Positions 56,605 through 64,000 of a DNA stretch of 64,000 bases are shown here, in pieces; the first letter of the stretch is position 1, and every line of letters starts with the position of its first letter. The notes under the pieces were generated by a model. The model was not told the DNA's origin, searched no databases, and worked only from the letters and a program-made list of their open reading frames with translations. The DNA comes from a virus: IMG/VR virus record IMGVR_UViG_3300020123_000219, positions 24,199 through 88,198 of that record. One strand, given 5' to 3'. The translations under genes were made by a program, and so were the position numbers.

Positions 56605-56724
56605 CGGGCGCTGGCCGAATCGGACGGCCTCCTCGCGGGCAGTGCATCCCGCGCGTGCTGACGGCCCCTCAGGGCAGCCCGCGACTGGCCATCGCGACCA
56701 GCCGCGCCTTCACACTCAGCACCC
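56605..56724 (-). ncRNA. tRNA-like RNA with enlarged central domain
   Basis: GGGTGCT/AGCGCCC acceptor-like stem; T arm GGCCG-TCCGATT-CGGCC. Confidence 0.55.
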
Positions 56725-56865
56725 CTGACCAGGCCAGTCCTCCCGGGAGTCTGCCCCGGCCGTCGCGGTCCTGCGCACAGCCCCTGCACGCGGGTACCGC
56801 TTGCGTGCTCCCCGCAGGGTCTCCGCCCGGCGTGAACCTGGGCGCGGGAAGCACGCCGCCTCTCG

Positions 56866-57558
56866 TCAGCCGCTGAGCCCGGCCATGAGGATCAGGTCGC
56901 GGGCCAGCTCGGCGGGGTCGGTGACGGAGTCGAACGCCATGACCTTGACGTGCTTAGGGTTGGCCTGCTCGGCTCCCTGATAGGACGCGAGGGTCTTGTC
57001 GTGGGCGTCGCCGTGGCCGACGACCGCGACCGCGAAGTACCGGTCCGGGTTCGCCGCCGACAGCACCCCCGCGAATTCCTGCCAGTCAGTGGCCTCCCCG
57101 TCAGTGCAGACCAGGCACAGCAGCACGGGCGGCTCGGTCTCGTCCCCGAACTCGGAGTTGAAGTCCGCGAGCGCTGCCTTCCACGCGGGCATGATCGTGG
57201 TCCCGCCGCCCCACCGGATGCCCTGCCACTTGCGGGCGAAGTTCGAGGAGTTGAAGTCCCCCAGCTCGGTGTGGACGCTGGAGAACCCGTGGACCAGCAG
57301 CCCGCCCATCTCGTCGGACCCGCCTGCCTGCTCGGCGGCGGCCTCGGAGTCCTCTTTCTCCAGGGCGGCGACGAACAGCGGCATGGCCTCGCCGACGACT
57401 TCGCGGCGGGGTATCCCGCTGCCCTCGGCTGCCTCCCAGTTCATCGAGTCGGAGGTGTCGAGCAGGCAGATGACTTCCTTGTTGCGCCACGCGGGCACGA
57501 GCGGCTTCTCCACTCGCGGTGCCTGCGACGGCAGCTGTGCCTCAGTCAAGAGGGGCAT
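56866..57558 (-). CDS. stand-alone vWA domain protein
   Basis: MIDAS LLDTSDSM, GGGT, TDGEATD. Confidence 0.85.
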   Translation of the reverse strand: MPLLTEAQLPSQAPRVEKPLVPAWRNKEVICLLDTSDSMNWEAAEGSGIPRREVVGEAMPLFVAALEKEDSEAAAEQAGGSDEMGGLLVHGFSSVHTELGDFNSSNFARKWQGIRWGGGTTIMPAWKAALADFNSEFGDETEPPVLLCLVCTDGEATDWQEFAGVLSAANPDRYFAVAVVGHGDAHDKTLASYQGAEQANPKHVKVMAFDSVTDPAELARDLILMAGLSG

Positions 57559-57759
57559 TCCTTTCCAGTTTGTTACGGCGGGGCCGGGCCGCACCCGTGA
57601 GCCAGCACGGGAACTAGCCCTGCTTGCAGATGCGCCTCGGCTGCTTCGCGGCCCGGCCCCTTAATACCCCGCCAGTCCCGGGGGACGGCGGGGAGCAATG
57701 AGGAAGATCCCGTTTGCGTATCCGGGTCTACCCGGGCCGATTGCGACCGGGATCTTCCG

Positions 57760-57831
57760 TGGAGCTGGCGGTGATTGAAACCGCGACATCCTGCATGCAA
57801 AGCAGGCACTCTGCCACTGAGTTACAGCCCC
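57760..57831 (-). tRNA. tRNA-Ala(TGC)
   Basis: G3:U70; loop TTTGCAT. Confidence 0.9.
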
Positions 57832-57907
57832 TTGATGCCGGCCTCTGCCATTGAGGTACCGCCCCGTGAGTGAAGCGGACGGGACTCGAACCCGCAACTT
57901 CCGGCCG
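57832..57907 (-). ncRNA. circularly permuted tRNA-like RNA with Ala identity
   Basis: 3' half (T arm, CCGCTTC-A) precedes 5' half (GGGGCGG, D arm); GCCGG/CCGGC closes the ends. Confidence 0.8.
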
Positions 57908-57979
57908 TGGAGCCAGGGTGAATCGGACACCCGACCTCTTCCGTGCGAAGGAAGCGCGCTGCCACTGCGCTATGGCCCC
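57908..57979 (-). tRNA. tRNA-Ala(CGC)
   Basis: G3:U70; loop TTCGCAC; T loop TCCGATT. Confidence 0.88.
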
Positions 57980-58229
57980 ATTTGCGCCTGCTGCCGCCTT
58001 TACCGTGTATACCGACATGGAGGGGGCGGCAGCAGGCGTCCCGTACCGTGCCCCCTACAGAAGAGGCGCGGGCCGGGAGTCTTGCTGTCCCGCCACGGCG
58101 TGTATACGCGGAGGCGGGACGTTTACACCGGATGTAAACGTTTACTTGCGGCGTTTACTCCGGTGTGGCTTTTCCGCTGTGGAGTTCTCAAGGTTCGGTC
58201 ACATTCCCCCCCGGAGGGGTGGTGATCCG

Positions 58230-58301
58230 CCCGGATGCCAGGAGTCGAACCTGGATTTGCCCGGTTTTGGAGACCGGGTGCCTAGCCGCTGGCTCATCCG
58301 A
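58230..58301 (-). tRNA. tRNA-Trp(CCA)
   Basis: Loop CTCCAAA. Confidence 0.85.
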
Positions 58302-58815
58302 CTGGGGCGGGGCACCGGGCTGTGTGGCGCCCCGCCGTGGTTCCTACTGTACCCGGGGCTCGCGGTCCGTCAACCCTTTTCCGGGCCTTTCTGGTTTTCT
58401 TTTTCCTCAGCAGGGGGGCGCAACAGCCATCGCAGCCGTGGACGGCCTGCCATTCGAGGTGGGGGAACGGGCAGCCGTCCTGGTCGTCGAGGTCCAGCCA
58501 CTCGCCGGGGGCCAGTTCCTGGTCCCGGTTGAAGACGCAGCGATGTGCGGGGGTCAGGGAGAGCACGTAGGCCATGTGGTCGGGGTCGGGGTGGCCGGTG
58601 CCGTGGGGGCAGGCGCGTTCCATGACCCCGGTGTCGGCTCTCCAGGTCATGGGCCAGTCCCGCATGTGGTGGGGTGACGGGTCGTGGATGCAGCAGGGGA
58701 TGCCGCGTCCCTCGCACTGGGCGCGGGGGTGGACGCGGACGGGGGCCTGGCCCTGGACGGTGCCGTGGACGGGCTCGGCGTAGCCGAGGGTGACGGTTTC
58801 CCTGGGGTCGGTCAC
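58294..58815 (-). CDS. Cys/His-rich actinophage-type protein
   Basis: CCIHDPSPHHMRDWP..WR.D..MERACPHG.GHPDPD...HGCDGCC. Confidence 0.7.
   Translation of the reverse strand: MTDPRETVTLGYAEPVHGTVQGQAPVRVHPRAQCEGRGIPCCIHDPSPHHMRDWPMTWRADTGVMERACPHGTGHPDPDHMAYVLSLTPAHRCVFNRDQELAPGEWLDLDDQDGCPFPHLEWQAVHGCDGCCAPLLRKKKTRKARKRVDGPRAPGTVGTTAGRHTARCPAPVG
58346..58373 (-). promoter_or_regulatory. promoter at head of tRNA array
   Basis: TTGACG-N16-TACAGT. Confidence 0.55.
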
Positions 58816-59035
58816 GGGGGTTCCTTTACAGGTGGCAGCCGTTGGCGTGGGTGTAGCAGTGGCGTGCTCCGGGGCCGTTGCAGCAGGTGAACCAGCAGCG
58901 GCAGTCGGTGCGCCCGCACAGGGGCCTGCTGCACACGGGGTCGCCTCGCAGGTGGTTACTTGCAGGTGCAGGGCTGGCAGCGGCTGCATCCGCGCCGCCA
59001 GCAGCCGGTGCAGATGGCGTTGGGCTTGCCTTCGG

Positions 59036-59203
59036 TCACGGGGTCGCCTCGCGGATGAGGTAGGTGCCGTGGTGGCAGTGGGCGCGGCGTTCCCCGTCGG
59101 CTTTGCCGGGTACGGCGGATGCGGTGTGGCGGTGGAGCTGCCTGCAGAAGGGGCAGGCGATGTGGAGGTGGTCGCGGTGCCGCCGCGCGGTGACGGTGAT
59201 CAT
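59036..59203 (-). CDS. small zinc-binding protein
   Basis: GGAAAG RBS; CPFC..LHRH...RAHC. Confidence 0.6.
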   Translation of the reverse strand: MITVTARRHRDHLHIACPFCRQLHRHTASAVPGKADGERRAHCHHGTYLIREATP

Positions 59204-59230
59204 GAGCTTTCCTTTCCCTTGTGTCCGCTC

Positions 59231-59260
59231 ATCGTACTATAGTGCCTGGTCTGGGGTCAA
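59231..59260 (-). promoter_or_regulatory. sigma70-type promoter
   Basis: TTGACC-N18-TACGAT. Confidence 0.55.
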
Positions 59261-59995
59261 GTCGAGGGGGAGGGCCTGCTGGTCGAGGCGGCGGGCTGCC
59301 TTCTCGCACTCGTTTTCGCTGATCTCGATGCCGATGGCTTTCATGCCGAGGGCGCGGGCGGTTTCGAGGGCGGAGCCTGATCCTGCGAAGGGGTCGATGA
59401 CGAGGCCGCCGGGGGGGCAGGCGTGGCGGAGGAGGGGGGCGAGGACGGCGACGGGTTTCTCGGAGGGGTGGATGCCGATGCGGTGCATGTTGCGGGCGCG
59501 GATGACGGTGACGGCTTGCCGGGCGTACCCGGTGTCGTAGGAGCTGGCGCCCCGGGCGCCGTGCTGCCCTGGTTCGAGCTGCCGGCGGGTGACGTTCTTG
59601 CGGGTGGCTCCGGCAAGTTCGGGTACCTTATGGTAGATTTCTGCCCATTTGCCGGTGTACCAGTGGGCTGCTTGCTCGTGGATGCGGTGGAACCGGCCGG
59701 GGGCGAATCCGGAGCCGTTCTGCTTTTCCCAGATGATGTCGTGGGAGAGCTTCCACCCGGCGGCGGCGTATTCACCGTGGCGGGTGAGGAAGAGGCGGAG
59801 CGACCCGAAGCACCACAGGGAGTTCGCGGCGGCTGAGGCAGCGTCTAGCCAGCCTTCAGGCCATTTGTCCCATTCGCGGGATGTTTCTTCGTAGGGCGGG
59901 TCGGTGATGACGCAGTCGGCTTTGAGGGCGGGGAGGATGTCGCGGCAGTCCCCGTGGTAGAGGGTGATGCCGTCGCCCTGCCAGTAGGGGGTCAC
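59237..59995 (-). CDS. N6-adenine/N4-cytosine DNA methyltransferase (beta class)
   Basis: LYHGDC, ITDPPY, HPSEKP, DPFAGSGS; GTG at 59995. Confidence 0.92.
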   Translation of the reverse strand: MTPYWQGDGITLYHGDCRDILPALKADCVITDPPYEETSREWDKWPEGWLDAASAAANSLWCFGSLRLFLTRHGEYAAAGWKLSHDIIWEKQNGSGFAPGRFHRIHEQAAHWYTGKWAEIYHKVPELAGATRKNVTRRQLEPGQHGARGASSYDTGYARQAVTVIRARNMHRIGIHPSEKPVAVLAPLLRHACPPGGLVIDPFAGSGSALETARALGMKAIGIEISENECEKAARRLDQQALPLDLTPDQAL

Positions 59996-60405
59996 CGGAA
60001 CAGGCGGGCGATGACGGCGGCGAGCCAGGCGACGGCGAGGGAGGCGGCCAGGACCGCGAGGACGTTGAGGAGTACCGCGTAACCGTGCACCGTTCTGTTC
60101 CTTTCCTTTTGTTTTCAGTCGCGGAATATGGCGGCGAGAATGACGATGAGGGCGGCGCTGTCCTTCACCGCGTCGAGGATGCGCCGCACAGAGTCGTGGA
60201 TGTCTTGCAGGGACGGGATCTCCCGGGCGGTCATGCGGGTGCCTCTCCGATGATCCTGGGGGCGTAGCCCCTGTTTTCCAGGAGCAGCCAGGTCGCGGCC
60301 CCAGCTCTGACTTGTCCCGCTCGAACCGGTTGGCCACCGACCGGGGATGCCTGCCGCACCACGCCCCCGAAACACCGCAGCGGGGGCAGTCCCACCATCT
60401 GCGGG

Positions 60406-60687
60406 TCACTGGCACCCGCCTTTGCACGGCTCCGAATGCGCGGCCACGTTACTGCCGTGCTTGCAGTGCTTACAGCACGGGAACCGGCCCGCAGGCGGCA
60501 GCCGCACCCGCGCCGCTGCCTCCTCCGCCACGCCGCCACCTGAATCACCGGCCAGCCAGCCCTCCAGCGCCTCCCGCACAACCTCCGACCGGTCACGGCC
60601 ACCACGCGCCTCATCAACCCGCCCCAGCAGCCCCTCATCCAGCCTCACCGACACCGACCTCACCCACACACCCCCGTAATACGGCAC
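60406..60687 (-). CDS. ribbon-helix-helix (CopG-like) protein
   Basis: VSVRLDEGLLGRVDEARGGRDRSEVVREALEGWL; start uncertain. Confidence 0.7.
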   Translation of the reverse strand: MPYYGGVWVRSVSVRLDEGLLGRVDEARGGRDRSEVVREALEGWLAGDSGGGVAEEAAARVRLPPAGRFPCCKHCKHGSNVAAHSEPCKGGCQ

Positions 60688-60906
60688 TCACCTGCGGTAA
60701 TACGAGAATACCACGAAGTCTCAGCCCGGGAAAACCCCGTACTACACGCCCCGGAACACAGCCACCCCCACCCCAAAACCAGCCCAAAAGCAGCTCAAAC
60801 AGACAAAACTCGCAAAACCCTAACACGCACGGAAAACCACAAAAAACACAGACAAAAGCACCCTGGGGGGTGGCGGGCCGCCTATGCGCCCAGGTGGGGG
60901 GGTCGG

Positions 60907-61026
60907 CACTGACGACCCCCCCACCCCCCTGTGACCTGCACTGACGCACTGACAGACCGGTATGTAACGGACGAAACACTCGTCTTGCATGCTGGTCACT
61001 GAGCTGGCACTGACCTGGTCACTGAC
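60907..61026 (+). repeat. six CACTGA(C/G) direct repeats
   Basis: Copies at 60907, 60939, 60947, 60997, 61008 and 61020 in a divergent non-coding region. Confidence 0.75.
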
Positions 61027-61148
61027 GCACATGCAAGGTTGCAGTTCTGTAACAGTGACATGGCGGGAGGTTGACAGGTCATGCCTGCACAGAACAGCGT
61101 CGCCACTGTGCCACCCACGCGCACACAGGACACGGGAAAGGAACCACC

Positions 61149-61571
61149 ATGGCAGCGACACTCACCCCCAGGCCGATACGCATCAGCCCAGCCGTGCGCA
61201 ACCAGGCCGCAGACCAGCGCGGACGGGTGAAGGCCGCAGAGCTGGCAGCGAGCATCAAGGCAGAACTGGACACGCTGAGCGTGCACGCAGGCGAGGCAGC
61301 GTATGACGAGGTCCGGCGGGTACTCAATCAGGGATGCCCGCTGGCGGACCTGATCAACGCCGGCCTGGTGCACGGCGTGACCCGGGAGGGACGCGAAAGC
61401 CTGGAAGCCACGCTGGGCATGTGCAAGCAGCTCAATGCCGCCTGGTGCGCAACGCCTGAGGCGTTCAGCGCGCAGGCCTACTGGTTTGAGTACGACGGGA
61501 AGCCACGCCTGGCAACGAACTCATGGGGACTCATGTGGGACGCTGCGCAGGCATGGCAGGGACACGTCTAG
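61149..61571 (+). CDS. hypothetical protein
   Basis: GGAAAGGA RBS, ATG; followed by hairpin. Confidence 0.7.
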   Translation: MAATLTPRPIRISPAVRNQAADQRGRVKAAELAASIKAELDTLSVHAGEAAYDEVRRVLNQGCPLADLINAGLVHGVTREGRESLEATLGMCKQLNAAWCATPEAFSAQAYWFEYDGKPRLATNSWGLMWDAAQAWQGHV

Positions 61572-61583
61572 CCCTGCCCGCAG

Positions 61584-61620
61584 AAACGCCCCCCGGAGCA
61601 TGCCGCTCCGGGGGGCGTTT
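61584..61620 (+). terminator. intrinsic terminator
   Basis: aaacgccccccggagc/gctccggggggcgttt. Confidence 0.7.
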
Positions 61621-61735
61621 GCTGTGCGCGCGGCTCTGTAAGCGTCTCTGACATGATCGTTTAGCTACCCACACTAAGGTATGGGTAGCGCCCGTTCATG
61701 CGCTCACAGTGCCGCTAGCGACCGCGCAGACAGCT

Positions 61736-61771
61736 AAGGGCCCGACCCCCTCATACGGGGGTCGGGCCCTT
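61736..61771. terminator. inverted repeat terminator
   Basis: aagggcccgaccccc/gggggtcgggccctt. Confidence 0.65.
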
Positions 61772-61795
61772 TCGGGTAAGCCCGGGGCTACTGGC

Positions 61796-62134
61796 CTACT
61801 TCGATACGGTTGCGGCTGAGTTGCCCACCATGCCCGGCGTGTGCTGGTAGAGGGGCGTTTCGGGGGCGCGCTCCGGGGCTGGCCTGGGGGCTGGCTTGGG
61901 GGGTGCTGCGGGTGCTGGCTTGCGGTTCTGGCGGGTTCGGGTCTGGCTCTGAGCTGGGATGATGCTGGTTTGGAGGGGTGTGCGGTGCGGGTCGTTTGGG
62001 TCGAAACGGGTTATGGTTAGGTCCCCGATTGGACCTTTTGTCCGTGTTGGGTGTTTGGGTGTGCCTTGGGTGGGTGTGATCCAGTTTGAGTTGTTTCGTG
62101 GTGGGTTGCCGCCTGGGATGTAGTGTTTCGCCAT
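61796..62134 (-). CDS. hypothetical protein
   Basis: GGAAAGGA RBS before ATG. Confidence 0.5.
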   Translation of the reverse strand: MAKHYIPGGNPPRNNSNWITPTQGTPKHPTRTKGPIGDLTITRFDPNDPHRTPLQTSIIPAQSQTRTRQNRKPAPAAPPKPAPRPAPERAPETPLYQHTPGMVGNSAATVSK

Positions 62135-63020
62135 GGGGTTTCCTTTCCCTGTGTCCGCCTATGTGGGGACGATAGGAGTGATTGAAACATTGCTTGCGTG
62201 CTTGTGTCAAGTGTGGGGTTGTGAGCTGGGCGTTCCTTGATCTTTTTAAAAAGGTTGCTGAAATGTCTTGCCAACGTGGCGGGGTTGCCGTAGCGTCGCT
62301 CCTAGTTCGGCAGGCAGGAACCGCCGGGCAGGGCAACGGGAAAGGTCAGGCCAAGCCTGGCAAGTACCACCCTCCGGCGGAACACTCCCGCTTGACCCCC
62401 GTGCCTAGCCAGCACCGCGAATTGGGGATGCACGCCACGGGCGACGCGCCACCACGGGCAAGCCCCTAAACAGGCAGCAATGCCTCACAGTAGCCAGGAC
62501 ACGGGATCATCCCCGGCCTGTAGTGAGCCACGATGGCAACGTGGCGCGCGAACAGCATGACCCATCGCCTGTAGCGCCGTACCGGCCATGACCCCCTCAC
62601 GGGGGTACAGCGGAACGGCCGACTTGTCCAGGACTCAGGGTGACCCCCGTAGGGGGCACGCGGGTGATCATGCGTCACCGTAGCCCTGTCCTGGGCGCGG
62701 TCTGAGCGTACGGGCATGGATACCCTCTAACGCCGTAACAAGGCTCCCGTGAGGCAACGAACTTTCCCCCTTGAAATTTTCCGTAAAGTAATTCCCTTCA
62801 TGGGTGGCGCGCGGTCAAGCGAGGGGCGAGACGACAGCAACAGCATCACCGCGTGCTACGCATGGTGACGCAAGTCACCGCATGTTCACGCAACCGCTGG
62901 CGAACCCGCCCTAGTCACTGCCCGCGCGCCGCTCCGGGTACACGACGGTAGTCACCAATTCACCCGCCGTGTACCCGGCCACAAGGGAAAAACAGGAAAC
63001 CGAAAGGGGAACACACGGGA

Positions 63021-63356
63021 ATGAGTGACGACCAGCTCATCGCGTCGCACATCAGGCACGCGCAAGCACGCCAGCAGGAAATCAGCGACGCATGCGCCCG
63101 CATGATCGCCAGCCAGTACCACGACGGGCAGGCCAGCGACAGCTACGCATTCACCTCAACCGGCGCGATCAGCGACCCCGACACCGTTTGGCGGGACCTG
63201 TTCTACCTCCGCACCGGAGACGCCATGTACTTCCACATGAACACGCAGGAGCAGGCCAAAGCCGACATGCTCGGCACCTACCTCATCCACGCCGGCCCGC
63301 GCGGACCCGTCGAAGGCTGGGCAAACCTCTGGCTCAGGGCAGGAGACGGATACTAA
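63021..63356 (+). CDS. hypothetical protein
   Basis: ISDACARMIASQYH.GQ.S..YAF.STGAI motif. Confidence 0.7.
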   Translation: MSDDQLIASHIRHAQARQQEISDACARMIASQYHDGQASDSYAFTSTGAISDPDTVWRDLFYLRTGDAMYFHMNTQEQAKADMLGTYLIHAGPRGPVEGWANLWLRAGDGY

Positions 63357-63622
63357 TGGACCCCGACCAGGCATTAGACGACATCCACGCCGCGATCAGG
63401 GACCTGCGCGACGCCACCGACGGCAGCGACACCTACACCGACGCCGCCGAAACGCTCACAGACCGCATCGAAGCGCTAGACGAATGGCTCACCAGAGGCG
63501 GCATGCTGCCCGCAGCATGGGCCAGAGGCGGAGACCAGTCCCCGCCCGAACCAGACTGGGACGCAATCCACGACGGGACAGCACCAGAACCAGACTGGGA
63601 CGCAATCCACGACGGAGGCTGA
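63356..63622 (+). CDS. hypothetical protein
   Basis: MDPDQAL...ALDEWLTRGGMLPAAW; coupled start. Confidence 0.7.
   Translation: MDPDQALDDIHAAIRDLRDATDGSDTYTDAAETLTDRIEALDEWLTRGGMLPAAWARGGDQSPPEPDWDAIHDGTAPEPDWDAIHDGG
63548..63615 (+). repeat. 29-bp duplication, 39-bp period (PEPDWDAIHDG twice)
   Basis: gaaccagactgggacgcaatccacgacgg twice. Confidence 0.85.
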
Positions 63623-63692
63623 ACCCCAGGCCCGCGCCGCCTTCACCAGCGGCACGGGCACGAAAGGGAACCAAAGGGAAAAGGGGAAAACA

Positions 63693-63905
63693 ATGACGAA
63701 ACCGGCAACACTCGGCGTCGCCGGGCTGCTCGCCATCGTCGCGCTCACCATAACCGCCATGGCAGCAGTACTCCAGGCCGCCGCCCAGGAAACCAGGACC
63801 GCAGTCAACCAGCGGCACCAGCAAACCCGCGCATGCGTCACCGGGGCTTACTTCACCATCGGGAACATCACCTACACCTGCGACCCGCAAGGCACCAGGC
63901 CATGA
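63693..63905 (+). CDS. small membrane/secreted protein
   Basis: Hydrophobic N-terminus; RBS. Confidence 0.55.
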   Translation: MTKPATLGVAGLLAIVALTITAMAAVLQAAAQETRTAVNQRHQQTRACVTGAYFTIGNITYTCDPQGTRP

Positions 63906-64000
63906 AAACCGGCACGCCAATGAACGACCTGGAACGCGCGGTCTGGCTTCTCATGCAGACCGACGACTACCAGGTCACCGCACGCGGCGAGAACTGGGCA

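Noticed and set aside
56605-57907. tmRNA (one- or two-piece)
   Set aside because: tRNA-like parts are present, but no tag reading frame or pseudoknot region could be identified
59237-59995. Restriction-modification system
   Set aside because: No adjacent restriction endonuclease; orphan methyltransferases are common in phages
60907-61026. CRISPR array
   Set aside because: Repeats are only 6-7 bp with irregular spacing; no cas genes
1-64000. Prophage boundary, host DNA or rRNA
   Set aside because: No integrase, att site, rRNA or housekeeping operon recognised; HU and tRNAs are embedded in phage-type context

Overview
High-GC actinobacterial tailed-phage (siphovirus-type) DNA; the host is inferred from GC content and DUF397/Rpf-type genes. 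Almost everything is on the minus strand. Reading right to left from a probable genome end near 60.9 kb: an RHH regulator and DNA methyltransferase; a ~15 kb array of 40 tRNA genes (all 20 amino acids) mixed with small ORFs, HU, vWA and HNH genes and structured non-tRNA spacers; portal; a MuF-ParB-NUDIX fusion; LysM/Rpf-like and NlpC/P60 hydrolases; DUF397; a Ro60 (TROVE) gene preceded by two Y RNAs; head protease/scaffold; major capsid; glycosyltransferase and methyltransferase; head-tail and tail genes (with -1 frameshift chaperone); tape measure; minor tails, depolymerases and membrane proteins, including a KcsA-like channel with an altered filter. No terminase, integrase or replication genes were recognised. 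The best candidate for a new system is a tRNA-mimic/RNA-surveillance module with four parts. (i) A circularly permuted, anticodon-less tRNA with Ala identity sits exactly between two tRNA-Ala genes. (ii) A Y RNA carries a complete four-arm permuted tRNA in a topology different from canonical YrlA. (iii) The Ro60 has an inserted CCHC zinc knuckle. (iv) Further tRNA-like and multibranch RNAs are punctuated by tRNAs. All calls are by eye; no searches were run.
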